Origin: Epithemia pelagica
Taxonomy: Eukaryota; Protista; Bacillariophyta
Reading direction: 5' to 3'
DNA length: 64,000 bases
Assembly (NCBI GenBank): GCA_946965045.2
Contig: OX337236.1
Location: forward strand, 2,170,001 to 2,234,000
Under the pieces are notes generated by a model. It was not told the DNA's origin. It saw nothing but the letters and a program-made list of their open reading frames with translations, and made no database searches. The translations under genes and the position numbers were made by a program. Shown here one piece after another: positions 11,407 through 22,909 of this stretch; within the stretch, counting starts at the first letter, position 1, and each line of letters starts with the position of its first letter.

Positions 11407-12627
11407 TCAAATCTCGCCTTGAGTATCTTCACTGGAGCTGTCGGTGGTGTTTGACTGATTGATCACTGTGCTTTCTGCGTCAATCACAGCGACAGATTCT
11501 CCCAATTTAGGTGGAGTGTATCGTTCTTGCACCTTTTCCATCCAAGGAATCATGAGAGAATGAACCAAGTCAGGACGATCGTCATGAGGACAGTGACCGG
11601 TTTCTGGCAACACCTCGAGATGAAAGTCGTGATGGTAATCCACCAATTCGATACCTCGTTGATGGGGAACCCATGGATCGTCTTCTCCCCACAAGGCCAA
11701 AATGGGGCATTTGACATCGGGCAAGATGGATTCTGGTGTTGGACCAGGATCACCACCAAAGACTTTGAGGAAGACGTTGGAGGCCCCTTCGTCATCCGAC
11801 GGTCCGAGTAAAATTTCCAACAATTCTTCATCCACATTGTCCTTGTTTTTGTACACACCTTGCTCACTTAAAATACTCTTGACATTTTGGGCCGTTTTGA
11901 AGTTGTTAAAAAACTTGTTTCCCCATTCGCCCTTCAATACATAATTTTGAACAAAGTACAGAATGGGCCGGGCCAACCATGGAACATCCTCATAGCGGAA
12001 GCCCGACATGCCTCCTGCCGTGTTGAGCAATACGACACCCTGCACTTGATGAGGCAAGGCTCGGGCCAATCCCAAACTACAGAGACCACCGACCGAATTT
12101 CCCGCCACGATCCAGGAAATGTCATCGACCGGTACATGCTTGTGATAGCGCTCATTCATGGCATGGACAAAGTCATGAAGCAAGTCCACAAACAAATCAA
12201 TGGAATAATCCACATCGGCCTTTTCCGATGCTCCAAATCCAATCAAATCAATCGCATAAACACGATATCCAGCGCCTTGAAGAACGGGGAAATTTTGTCG
12301 AAAATGATTCACATTGGCACCAAAGCCATGGACCAACAAGAGAGGTTGAGGCACCTCGTCCCGGTCTTGAACAAGTTCAGGTCCTTCCACACGATAATTG
12401 ATTCTGTAAGTTTGATTCTTGTACTCCCATTCGTAGCATCTGTACGATCGTTGAATGCGTGCTAGTTTGGGTTGTTCTTCCTCCAGCACAGTGGTGGACA
12501 ATTCACTCATTCCAAGGGGCAAAGCTGTTCGTCGTTCCACAAAAGGCATTCTCGCAAAAGGAGTAAAGCTCGTCGATGCCGAGAGCATCAGACTCAGCAA
12601 TACGGCTGAGATAGTCCCTGTCATCAT
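11407..12627 (-). CDS. Alpha/beta-hydrolase fold protein (pheophytinase-like family), probably plastid-targeted
   Basis: LLVHGFGA oxyanion motif, GNSVGG nucleophile elbow, WGEDD, and HCPHDDRP catalytic His; N-terminal signal peptide ending SASTS-FTP, resembling a diatom bipartite plastid leader. Confidence 0.9.
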   Translation of the reverse strand: MMTGTISAVLLSLMLSASTSFTPFARMPFVERRTALPLGMSELSTTVLEEEQPKLARIQRSYRCYEWEYKNQTYRINYRVEGPELVQDRDEVPQPLLLVHGFGANVNHFRQNFPVLQGAGYRVYAIDLIGFGASEKADVDYSIDLFVDLLHDFVHAMNERYHKHVPVDDISWIVAGNSVGGLCSLGLARALPHQVQGVVLLNTAGGMSGFRYEDVPWLARPILYFVQNYVLKGEWGNKFFNNFKTAQNVKSILSEQGVYKNKDNVDEELLEILLGPSDDEGASNVFLKVFGGDPGPTPESILPDVKCPILALWGEDDPWVPHQRGIELVDYHHDFHLEVLPETGHCPHDDRPDLVHSLMIPWMEKVQERYTPPKLGESVAVIDAESTVINQSNTTDSSSEDTQGEI

Positions 12628-13203
12628 TGTCCTTCCACTAAATCTGTTTGCTCCTTCTTCCTCGAAGGACCTCTCTCTATTGAAAGGACGGACCTTTCGT
12701 TTATTTTATGGCATTGAAGAAGATGATGAATTATTTGGTCCCAGCTGTTGATTGTTGATAGTTGATATGATGGACACGTCGATATACTCACGAATCGCAC
12801 ACATCCAATCACATGTCTTCTTCCAAAGCGAAGCCACGTCACCTTCACGTTCATGAATCGTGAAAGCTCACGACTGAACTACTGAAAAATGCGCCAGATC
12901 TCGCTCTCTACTCTACTAGAGAGAGGTAGGAGGTAGTAGGAGTACTCCTAGCTCTCTAGAGTGATGTGACAAAACAAGCTACTCCCTCCTGCTCGAAATT
13001 ATTGCAACAAGTTTTTTTAGTCATAGTAGTCGCACAAAAAGCTCTTGTAGGCCCTGGTACATTTCTACAGGAGGATGGCCGGCTCATTCGGAGTCGAATT
13101 TTGGAGATGAACATTCACTGTGACACGTGCTAAAAAATCTATCCAGCCCTTCAATCGTCACTCCCCAACGGTACAAGACCTCACTCATCCAGGGTATTGA
13201 AGT

Positions 13204-13640
13204 TAGAAATACTCTACTCAATTATAACTTTGAACTTTAAGTCGTCTATTTTATACGTCATAACTTAACTCCATCGTAATAGTCAATCATTCAGTACATC
13301 AAATTAATTACCAACTATAAGTCTTTGAATACATATATCTAATTTCACTTAAGACTTAAAGCCAATTATGTAACGATGCTAATTTCACTTTGACTTTTAC
13401 TGACTCAGAGGAAACATCCATGACTTAGCACTACGTGACTTAATCACACGTAATCAGTCCATGACTTCACTTCGCTAGACGAAGTCAAGTCACATACTGT
13501 CATGACTTCACTTCATGATCGAAGTCACTACCAACAGCCCCATGACTTAACTTTTTTCTCCAAAATTTGCTTACGAAATTAACTTAATCATGGAAAAAAG
13601 TTTGACTTTAATCACCTACTTAAATCACTGATTTCAATGA
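13204..13640. repeat. hAT left subterminal array of GACTT/CACTT/AACTT pentamers
   Basis: AT-rich stretch with many (T)GACTT and AAGTC copies, e.g. ATGACTTCACTTC twice; typical of hAT transposase-binding arrays. Confidence 0.75.
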
Positions 13641-13770
13641 GTATCTATCAGTTAACAGTGACAAGCGACGTTCACATTCGCCCTTGACCATCTCATACAG
13701 CGAACGGCGACACACTCCCAACTCCCAAGTCACAACACCCTCAACCCTTCATTGCAAATAGCAGCAAGCC

Positions 13771-15690
13771 ATGTTTCTGTCCATTTCCGTGAAACTCTTA
13801 CCTGATCACTTCATCCACCGTATTCCATTGTCACTAGTGGCTCTTATTGAAAAGACAACTAAGAAACAAGAAGACCAAGCAACAGATGGAAGTGCTTCAG
13901 TGGAAGATGTCGTTCAATCTTGGTTGAATGAAAGTGGCACTTCGATTACTGTCACGAAACAACAAACAGCACCCACCTGTCTATGCTCCCCTCCCAAGAC
14001 GTGTATTCTCTGTCAAAACTACAACAACTCTATCGTCAAAGACGAGAAGAACAACTCCATCATCAAAGACAAGATTCTTAAGCTTCTCTGCACCTCTACT
14101 ACTTGGGAAAATTGCTCTCCTCCTGAAATACATCATGACGACACATTACTTCACGTTATACTTCGATACAAGTTGGGAATTGACATAATAAGGGACTCTA
14201 CCTACCAAGATCTCAAACGGTTCGTGTACATCCATCTCACCGGATGCCCAGATGCAAGACAGCTAGTTTGTTGTTGGTTCCTTCGCAATAATGTGAAACT
14301 GGCACTCGATGTACTGGGCCATGATGGCTGCCAACTTCGACCTGAATCAATTCCCATGAAACCAGTTCTGGATATTCTTTCGGCCGAACTTCAAAAACTT
14401 ACGAGCTCAAGCCCTCCTTTGACACGCCTTGTCTCTACCATCACACCCTCTCAAACCTCCCGAACCAAATCCTGCACTCAATCAACAGACACGCCAACAA
14501 TGAAAACTCCAGAGACCACCGGCATTCCTACTCCTACTTGTACTCCTGACCCTTCCACGGAACCCAAAATGCCCCACACTCCAACAATCACGGAACAACA
14601 ACCTGCCCCAATAGTCACACCTGAGTCGCCTTCTCCCCACAGGAAGTCCATGGACTTTCCAAGCCTTTCGAAACAGCGCGTAACAAAACGCCACGCCTCT
14701 GAACAAAAGCCAACAAAACAGAGTACAAATCGGTCACTTCTCCCTTTTACTAAACGAAACACCCGAACATCTGTGTCCAAAAAAGCCAAACTCTTGCTTG
14801 CAGGATCTTCAGCAAAAACCAAAATCAAGTACAATAATGGAGAACGACACATGCCAGGGGACCCAGTAAAGTACTCTCCAATGACGACGTTGAAAAATTT
14901 ACGTTTTATGACCATTGATGAACCGAAGAAAAACCATTTGCTTGCATCCTTCCAAGACCTGTGTGTATTTCATCAAGGTTTGACAACAACGGCTGGGTTC
15001 TCAATGCCCCGAAATACATGGCAGGAATGGATCGACAAATCATGTCACGACGACGACGGCGACAGCATTGTTTACGACCAGGCATTTATGTGCCTAATGG
15101 TCATTCTGATGAGTTCGAGCACTGCAGACTCACAACTTGCGGTTCTTGTCCCACGATTATTCTCCACTGGTTTGGCATCTGCAACAGACGTCATTGAATT
15201 CGCCAAAAGGTACGGTATGGATGTCTTATGCTCCTTATTGACGTGCACTGGGAGATTTTACCAAAATGCAGAACGCATTGTCAATGCAGCTGACCACTTT
15301 GTTTCCCTCCATGGTGGAATCATCCCCCCAAATATCTCTGTTGAGGAACTTGGTACTTTATTCGGAGTTGGCTACAAAACGGCCAACATTGTCATCACAT
15401 ATGCTTTCGATCGCATGGATGGCATCCCTGCAGATATACACGTAATCCATTGGACAGTCCATCTTGGGTGGGTACCACACAATTGCACTGACGGCTACGA
15501 ATGTTCTAAGGCCATTGAAGAATGGTTGCCTAAGAACTATTGGCACAAGGTAAATCCCGTGTTCGGGTCTTTGGGGCAAATGGTCAATACCAAAAAAATT
15601 CCATTCCGTACCCTTCTTGAATCCAAACAGGTGCAACCTCCGGAGGTTGCTCGACTTTGTTTGTCTATCTTTAAGAAATATGGCCACTAA
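13771..15690 (+). CDS. Endonuclease III (Nth)-like HhH-GPD DNA glycosylase/AP lyase with a long N-terminal extension, encoded inside the hAT element
   Basis: FMCLMVILMSSSTAD (Nth LSSQTxD-like), HhH motif LFGVGYKTANIV with the catalytic Lys, IPADIHV with the catalytic Asp; no C-terminal 4Fe-4S Cys cluster. N-terminus has CLC..CxxC, a P/T-rich linker and a basic stretch. Confidence 0.88.
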   Translation: MFLSISVKLLPDHFIHRIPLSLVALIEKTTKKQEDQATDGSASVEDVVQSWLNESGTSITVTKQQTAPTCLCSPPKTCILCQNYNNSIVKDEKNNSIIKDKILKLLCTSTTWENCSPPEIHHDDTLLHVILRYKLGIDIIRDSTYQDLKRFVYIHLTGCPDARQLVCCWFLRNNVKLALDVLGHDGCQLRPESIPMKPVLDILSAELQKLTSSSPPLTRLVSTITPSQTSRTKSCTQSTDTPTMKTPETTGIPTPTCTPDPSTEPKMPHTPTITEQQPAPIVTPESPSPHRKSMDFPSLSKQRVTKRHASEQKPTKQSTNRSLLPFTKRNTRTSVSKKAKLLLAGSSAKTKIKYNNGERHMPGDPVKYSPMTTLKNLRFMTIDEPKKNHLLASFQDLCVFHQGLTTTAGFSMPRNTWQEWIDKSCHDDDGDSIVYDQAFMCLMVILMSSSTADSQLAVLVPRLFSTGLASATDVIEFAKRYGMDVLCSLLTCTGRFYQNAERIVNAADHFVSLHGGIIPPNISVEELGTLFGVGYKTANIVITYAFDRMDGIPADIHVIHWTVHLGWVPHNCTDGYECSKAIEEWLPKNYWHKVNPVFGSLGQMVNTKKIPFRTLLESKQVQPPEVARLCLSIFKKYGH

Positions 15691-15772
15691 ATACCGTTCA
15701 TTGTTAGTTACTTATCATAATATGTATTTGTTTATCAGTCTTCCCTTTGTTTTTTCCAATTGATATATTTCC

Positions 15773-18700
15773 TTAACTTTTCTTCTGTGCTCCTCGTTGC
15801 TGATTGCCTGATGTAGCGGGTGGAGCTTTTCTTTTCCGACTAGAAGATGTCGTTGTGCTCTTGTTTGTGGTAGTTGATCTTCTACCAGTAACTGACGACA
15901 TGGCCGACATCGAGTCACTTGTTGTATTTACAGTGATCCCAGCAACGTTGGCCGATGTTCCTGTGGCACTACCGTTGTTACTGCTTTGTTCCAGAACAAC
16001 CACAACATCAGTGGGCCCTTGTTTCTCCTTCAAGACAGAAACAAGAAGTTCGTCGTCGTCCACTGTGTCGTCGAGAACCTTTTCACCGAGTCCTCCAGTC
16101 AAATCAACAATCTCCACCGAATCGGCATAGGCAAGATCCTTTTCCCCTACAACTTCTTTGTTGTCAGTAGTATCGTCGAGGAATCCGAAGTTCAACACAT
16201 CCTCTGTCTCCTTCTGCTTCAGGTACGCCTCCAGCTTCTTAATATTATCGAGCATTGCGTCAACTCGGACTCCGTCTGCTGGATGGTGTGCAGGGGAATT
16301 GTCCGTTGCACTCCCAGAGACTACGCCCACACTAGTAGCAGCGGCACCTGTTGCTGTGGTGCTTCTCCCAGTAGGCTCATTGTCGTGAATTTCGATTACA
16401 TCGCGTTCTTTCCAGCTGTCGAGGTGTAATTCCGTGATTACTTGCTGGATTGCCTTGGGACGGTTGATCAATTCTTTCTCTGCTTCTGTGATCTGCGTAC
16501 GCACAGGCCTGGACACACATGTCAGAGACCGCATTTGAAAGTTATGTGGGGACTCCTTCCTCATGAGCCTGTTAGAATCCAACCAAGACGAACAGGAGAA
16601 TACCCTCTCTTGGAAGGCATTCGTAGCTGGCTTACTCAACCATACAATTGCCGTTGGGAAAAGCCGTGGGTAGTTAGTCTTGTTAGCATCCCACCAGGCC
16701 ATGACGTCAAAGTATTTGCCTACAGCAGTGAAGTCTTGCTTTTTGCATCGTACCGCGAACCATTTCTTCTTTGGATCATCCCAGACAGTCAAATCCTCCA
16801 AGTACGCAGAGGTTGGGTACTGGTTGATCAGATCAGTCCATTGAAGACGGACCTTCCTTTCACAAAACCGCTTGTAGTCCGAGTATTCTTCCTTGATAAG
16901 CTTCTCCAGTCTGTTGGCCCGATCAACTTCATTGTTCCCTGTATTACTGTTGTCTCCAGCATCAGCGGTAGTGTCGTCCACAGCAAGATCGATATCATCG
17001 AATATGTCAAAGGACGTCCCAGAAGCATCATCGTCGTCAGCTGTTAACAAGTTGTTCTCTCCATTCCCATTGGTTTCCGAATCATTGCTCGGAGCAGAAT
17101 TGTTGTTGTTTGCCGAAGTCGTCCCTGTTCCTTGATTTGTGGCAGGTTCAGGAGCAGGAGAATAGTATTTTTCAAAGCAATCTTCCATGAAGTTCTTCTC
17201 TATACGTTCAATGTCCGTGTCTTTGAAAAAGCCGATCTTTTTGAACAGGAGAGGACCGGAGGTACAAAGAAGGGGATTCGACAACATTGCTTTTTCAGCG
17301 TCGACGTCCTTGGATTCCATCATGTCATGGCGATACTCTCTCAGGATGCGCAGGATCAAATCTTGGCTTGGAACAAGAAGAAGATCATGAGCACGACGGA
17401 CGCGTTTGCTGTCCAATTTCTTGATTGTCAAACTTGCATCCCAGGTCGATGTTTCCACGTCAAGAATTCGAACTCCTTTCTTCTGCATCTGTTCAATGGC
17501 ATACTTTGACAGGAAAATTTCTACCAGGGAAGCTGAGGCTGCAGATGGGTCGTCTGTTTGAAGTGTCATGGCACAAGACTGGAGGGGCTGAAGGATTCCC
17601 TCGTACTCTGCAAGTTGTTTCCAATCTTCTACGCTTGGGTACTTGGATCTGAATTCATTATCATTTACCAGAGAGGATCGGGCATAATCATCCATAATGA
17701 ACTTATTGCGTAACAAACCGTGAAACATGATCAAACATCCCATCACTCGTGTGCCATTAGGGAGTTGAATCTCGACAATGATGCGACCATTCTGTTTTGC
17801 GAACGATCTCAGGTTTTCAAAACGGGCCCGAGCCTTCTTGCTCATCAACCAAGACGCAAAGAAATGGAATACCTTGTACAGGGCCAGGAATTTTTTGTTC
17901 TCATCAATGACAACACGGCCCCGTTTACGAACGGCCTGTCCGGTGGCATGCTTCAAAATAAGCTCTGCCCGGTGCATGTCGCATTTGCTGCCTTGTTCCA
18001 TCCCTGTAATGTATTTTCCGGCCAATACAGCCGAGTTTGTGTTGTCGTTGATAGACGCACACAAATCGAGTCGGGTGAATCCAACCTGGTTTAGAATTGT
18101 CTCCGTGTGTTCGGCAACCTGTGCAGCAGAGTGGCCTTTGGTCTGTAGTAAGCCAATGGGTATTTTGTAGACGTTGCAATTGCGTGGGTCTGGAAGAATG
18201 AGGGTGACTCCAAGTATGTCCTTCTTGCAGCCCTGCCATACATCGTGGGCAAGGCATGCAAAGCGAATCCTTTTCCCACACCATGACTTGAATGTATCAC
18301 GAATATTGTCGCCAAGGTTGTTCACCACTCGAAGGAAAGAGTTGTAGGAATCAATCCGCATCGATGTCATGGCCCTATTACTGATGGATGCATCAGATGG
18401 GTGTAGAAGATTGGCATTGCTGATTGCAAACAACAAAAGAGACCGGAAGGCGGGCTTTTCCACAGTCCGTGACGGAAAGCCCATGTCGTTGACAAATTCA
18501 TATATTTTCTGTTGAAACTCATTCCTGACTGTAGCACGAGTCACCGTAGTGGACACAAAAGAAGACATTTCTTTTGACCTTGTTTTTCCATGATTGCTTC
18601 TTCACGGGTCTTTTTCTCGACTTCTTCCTTGTGTTTTCGCAAGCGGTGTTGGTTGATGTTGGATGAAGATTCATGATTACCACAGCCAATTACTGCATCA

Positions 18701-19377
18701 GTCAATGGGACATCAGGGTTATCGTAGCAAAGTGGACAGATTGTCATTCGTTTTGCAAGACAAGCGAGAGTCTTGTCCTTTGCATGGATGGGATCATCAC
18801 CTTCCTTCAAAATTTTAAGGCACTTCCGAAGACCAGGTCTGTCAGCAGTGTCGACTGGAGAGTTGTCGTCCCTATATTTCCTGAGTTTGACCCAGTCAAT
18901 ATGGTTCACTAATCCCCAATACGACCCTTTCAGATTCTTGAAAATGGAGGGGGGAGGGGGTCTGAATTGGATGATTTCTTTCTCGGCCTTGAATCGAGCT
19001 CTCGTTGCCTGATTTCGTTCACCATCCGCAGGAGCTTGTTCTTGGTTGTTGTTGGCTCGATTCTCATCCCCATCGTTGTTGTTGGGATTGTTGTTAGAAG
19101 GGTTTGTGTGAGCAGGGTTGGTTGTTTCACTTGATTGATTCGATGAGGTGTTGATGTTGCCTTCAGCTCCATCGGTGGTGTTACCTTCGGCTTGATTTGA
19201 TGGGGTGTTTGCGTTGTCTTCGGTTACATTGGATGCGGTGGTGGTGTTGCCGTCAGTTGGATTCGATGTGGTGTTGGTGTTGCCTTCGGTGGTGGTGTTG
19301 CTGGTTTCTGTCATGGGAGATAAGCTTGCTGTTGTCGATTTCACTTGGAAAATAGCAGGGATCATTCTAATGCTCAA
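15773..19377 (-). CDS. hAT transposase, split into two overlapping ORFs (19377-18541 and 18568-15773) by a one-base frameshift
   Basis: ORF1 has a BED-like CPLC...NINQHRLRKH. ORF2 has LAHDVW (D), INDNTNSA (D), CDMH (C2H), GTRV (TRW-like), and WWDANKTNYPRL...PATNAFQERVFS (E; hATC domain). Confidence 0.92.
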
Positions 19378-19559
19378 CAGTCAACAGCTCAAAATGAATG
19401 AATGAATGAGCACTGATCAAACGTGAAATTGCTCGATAGAATAATGAGGGGTGATATGTACATGCATAATGCATAGTGCACACATGCACCATGTACCCAG
19501 TAACCAGTGAAGGTGCGTTTTTGTCACTATTGGTGCAGATAGTACTGGGTACTGGGTGA

Positions 19560-19950
19560 TTATAAGTCGGTATCGACCATATAATCAAAAAGTTCGACTT
19601 ATAATCAGTAATCATGGATTATTGTAACTTGGTTTCAGTACTTAAAAGTTGGTAATTGATTACGGAGACTTGACTTTTTATGGAAAGTCGATCGGTTCTT
19701 GCCATGATTTAACTTTGATTTCATTGTGATTAATGAGTTACTGTGTGATTTTGGGTAGAAGATTTATAATCAGAAATGCAGGTATGTGATTTGAATGTGG
19801 TCACGATTTTAAGTCTTCAATCATAAAATAAGGGTATTGATTTGAATACATTTAGAGAAGTTGCGAAATGACAGATAGATTTTGATTTGATTTAGATGAA
19901 AAATCAGAAATTAGTAATTTAAGTGGTAAGTTGAAAGTTAAGGGCGCGTG
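19560..19950. repeat. hAT right subterminal array (AAGTC/GACTT/GATTT)
   Basis: AT-rich stretch with repeated GATTT, GACTT and AAGTC pentamers up to the right TIR. Confidence 0.65.
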
Positions 19951-20133
19951 ACTTCAATACCCTGCACTCATCTCCCACCACCAACACTGAAAAATCACGA
20001 ATAGCAGGAACAACGACACAACACACACAATGATCCTACTCCTACTAGGGTGACAATCATTGGCCGTGGCCCCTGGTCGCCTCCTGGTTCAGTGGAGGTC
20101 GACCAGGTATTCATTTGACTAGTCTATTAATGT

Positions 20134-21564
20134 CTAGTCTTGCAGATTGCTGCTTGTAGGGCTGCAGAGGTCGTCTGCAACTGGCAGCACATGGGGAAGC
20201 TCCCCTCTCCTCTCCAGCCCCTGTTTATTCATGTGAGGTATTTTGTAGTCATTCCCTCCTCCTGCTTTAATGATTTCATTGAAGCAAGATTGGAGGGTGA
20301 GCCATGTGTGGTTTAGTCTGTCTCTTGGATAGGAATCAAAAGCATTCTGTACAGATTCAAGCAGCTGTGCCTCACTCGACCCAACAATCAAATTGCAACT
20401 CTGAATAGCCCTGAAAAAGCCCAGATCACATATGTTTGTGTCTGGGCTGTTGGGAGCTTGTGTAAAGAACTCTGCCCTCACTCCCAACTCTTTCATGGAT
20501 CTCAGGAACTCCACAAAGTACATGTCTCCATCCTTGATATGGGACTTGGCCCCGTCCTGTTGGATCCTTATGGTTCTCTTGCTTCGGTCTGCTTGTGGCC
20601 ACTTCTCCAATATTGCTGGCATTAGTTTCTCCACTAGCAAATCCCTGTAGACCTCTCTGTTGACAGTAATGTTCTTCCATACCAGAGTCCCCTTTTCCCT
20701 GTTGACGCTGCTCCTCTTCGCAGGGACCCACTCACCAATGGGCCAGATGCCCAGTTTACCATCCCACCATTGATTCATAGCTGGAATAAAGCGAGGACGA
20801 GCCACAGCACAAAAGAACATTACCTTTGTGATGTGGCTCTTGTGTTTGCATGTCCTCTGTGGATCCTCTTCATCGTCGGCCAAGATAAAGCGCTGTGCAT
20901 CTTTCGTCACAAAAAACCACTTTTCATCGACATGGATCATGTCCATCATGTCTTGGTACTCACCGGGTTTCAAGGGGTTTACAAAGGATTGTGCCATCAG
21001 GTATCTTGCCATCATGTTGGTTTCAGTGAGGAAGGGTTTTAGGGTGTTGGTATGGCATCGTAGAGTGCCTTTCTTCACCAATCGCTGCACTGTGCTTCTT
21101 GACACACCCAGAACGGTAGAGAGCTGTTCCTGGGTTCGTCTCTTCATCAATGGGACATTTTTAACAGCTTCTCTAACGTCTGGTGAAGAACAAATAGGGA
21201 GTCGTCCGCGCGCGCGTGCGTTGGATGAAATTTCAGGAGAGTTAATTACGTTCTCCACGCGCGATTTCTGCGCGCGCTCCCAAAGTCTGCTTATGGTGGA
21301 TCGATGCACACCAAACATTTCAGCGACGCCTGACAAAACACCTCTGGGCAAGGTGCCATTCAGATTGAAGGTTAGAAGGATCGCCATGGCACGTCCGCGG
21401 TCTTGTCTCCGCAATTCCTTGTACTTTACCCCCTTGCGGGCCTCCCTAGAAGGTGGCATGGCTTGGGTATGCCTGTAGGGCCAGAACCGGTTCGCCAAAG
21501 TCTGAGTTTCTTTTTTCACCTCGTTTAGTTCCCTGTAACTCTCCAGGATTGTGAGATGGAACAT
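20134..21564 (-). CDS. Mariner-type DDD transposase, intact, with D-D42-D spacing
   Basis: N-terminal HTH (VAEMFGVHRSTISRLW), HVDEKWF, IQQDGAKSH, QAPNSPDTNICDLGFF, GGGNDYKIPH; 42 residues counted between the 2nd and 3rd Asp. Confidence 0.95.
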   Translation of the reverse strand: MFHLTILESYRELNEVKKETQTLANRFWPYRHTQAMPPSREARKGVKYKELRRQDRGRAMAILLTFNLNGTLPRGVLSGVAEMFGVHRSTISRLWERAQKSRVENVINSPEISSNARARGRLPICSSPDVREAVKNVPLMKRRTQEQLSTVLGVSRSTVQRLVKKGTLRCHTNTLKPFLTETNMMARYLMAQSFVNPLKPGEYQDMMDMIHVDEKWFFVTKDAQRFILADDEEDPQRTCKHKSHITKVMFFCAVARPRFIPAMNQWWDGKLGIWPIGEWVPAKRSSVNREKGTLVWKNITVNREVYRDLLVEKLMPAILEKWPQADRSKRTIRIQQDGAKSHIKDGDMYFVEFLRSMKELGVRAEFFTQAPNSPDTNICDLGFFRAIQSCNLIVGSSEAQLLESVQNAFDSYPRDRLNHTWLTLQSCFNEIIKAGGGNDYKIPHMNKQGLERRGELPHVLPVADDLCSPTSSNLQD

Positions 21565-22909
21565 ATAAATTATACATGGAAATTTGAGTCGTGAAATAAG
21601 CTATCGATCTATATAATTTTTAGCGCCAACGGGCTTGCGCGTGAGAAGTTACGTCATTTTTAGTAACTTGTTGCGATAATTTCGAGCAGGAGGGAGTACC
21701 TAGAGAGACGCCTCGGCCTAAGAAGGATCACCAATACTCCAATCACAAAAGAGCTTTGAGCATCAACTCCACAGGGGTATTTTGTCGCTTTGTTTTCATT
21801 GGCAGTACTACATCTTGTTCATCGTTGTTCTGCTTCATTACATTTTCCTCGTACTCAAACATCTCTATCAGATGAATGACATCAGAGGTATGCAATAACT
21901 CTCTTTCCTTGGATCACGATGGTTGGATTCACACCGGCCCAGTCACTTGTAGATAGATCCCCACACCGGTTCTGCTCGGAAGTACGCGGGCGGACTCGGA
22001 GTCAGTGATTGCAAAGGACAGATCATTCTAGTAGAGGTAGATGCATTGAAACTGAACCACGGAGTCACGTTTTGAAAGCCAAGTCTCATGAGCTGTCATA
22101 ACTGTTCTTGAGCAAACATCACGAACCTTACCCGTCAACTCACGCTCTGCTTCCACAGTGAAACGACTTGATCCAATAGCTTGGTGCCTTTCTTGTTGTT
22201 GTTTCGGTCGCCTCCATCATTTTTTCTGACGGCAAGTTGGTCTTCGTACGGTTCTAGCTTACATTATGAGGTCGCTGATGATCAGGGACCACCTTCCTGA
22301 GCAACCACAGCGATCGAAAGAATGGAACGAGGAGCTTGTCCTTCCTCCAACAAAGTATTTGAAAATATCGATGCAAGTTGGACACAGTGCGACCATATGG
22401 CAAGTTTAAACCGTTGTGAGCAGCAGCGTCTTGGTACAGGTCATAGTGGGAGAACCTGTGTGGCTTCGTGGTCGAGCTTTCTACCAATCAGACTGTTGCT
22501 GTTGAAGCGAAACGTAGTTTCTGAGAGTGGAGATCAAAACTTGGGCGGAATTGAATTTCGATTCGGCGGTCCCAGCAAAGCGCATCCTTTCGATCCGTTG
22601 ATGCATATTCCACGTAGGTTCGACGGCGTCTCGCATTTCCAACAGAGGCTTTTTTCTCGGACAGTCGTGAAGTATTTGCCATCGACAATGTCCTTGGTAG
22701 GGTTCTTGCACCAACCATTCTCCTCCATACCAAGTCCGGGGTTCCTGCTTCATGCCACTTGTGCTGGATGTAGAAAGAAAGACGGTGAAGAGTATAAGAA
22801 AGATTATTGACAAGACGTGTTATTATGAATTATGATCATCTGATGACAGAAAATAAATAATGATGAGACAGTAGACAGACCCTCAACCTCAACGCTTTAA
22901 ATTTTCAAT

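Larger units (their letters stand above)
13190..19964 (-). mobile_element. Complete hAT DNA transposon (6775 bp) carrying a second gene
   Basis: Perfect 14-bp TIR CAGGGTATTGAAGT (13190-13203; 19951-19964) and perfect 8-bp TSD CACTCATC (13182-13189; 19965-19972); hAT transposase inside. Confidence 0.97.
12982..21696 (-). mobile_element. Plant-type mariner (Tc1/mariner) transposon, about 1.93 kb without the nested hAT
   Basis: 32-bp TIRs CTCCCTCCTGCTCGAAATTAT(T/C)GCAACAAGTT at 12982-13013 and 21665-21696 (1 mismatch), TA on both sides, intact transposase. Confidence 0.95.

Noticed and set aside
21750-22813. Short minus-strand ORFs with a signal-peptide-like start
   Set aside because: Multiple stops and frameshifts and no recognisable family; could be a decayed gene or TE but cannot be supported.
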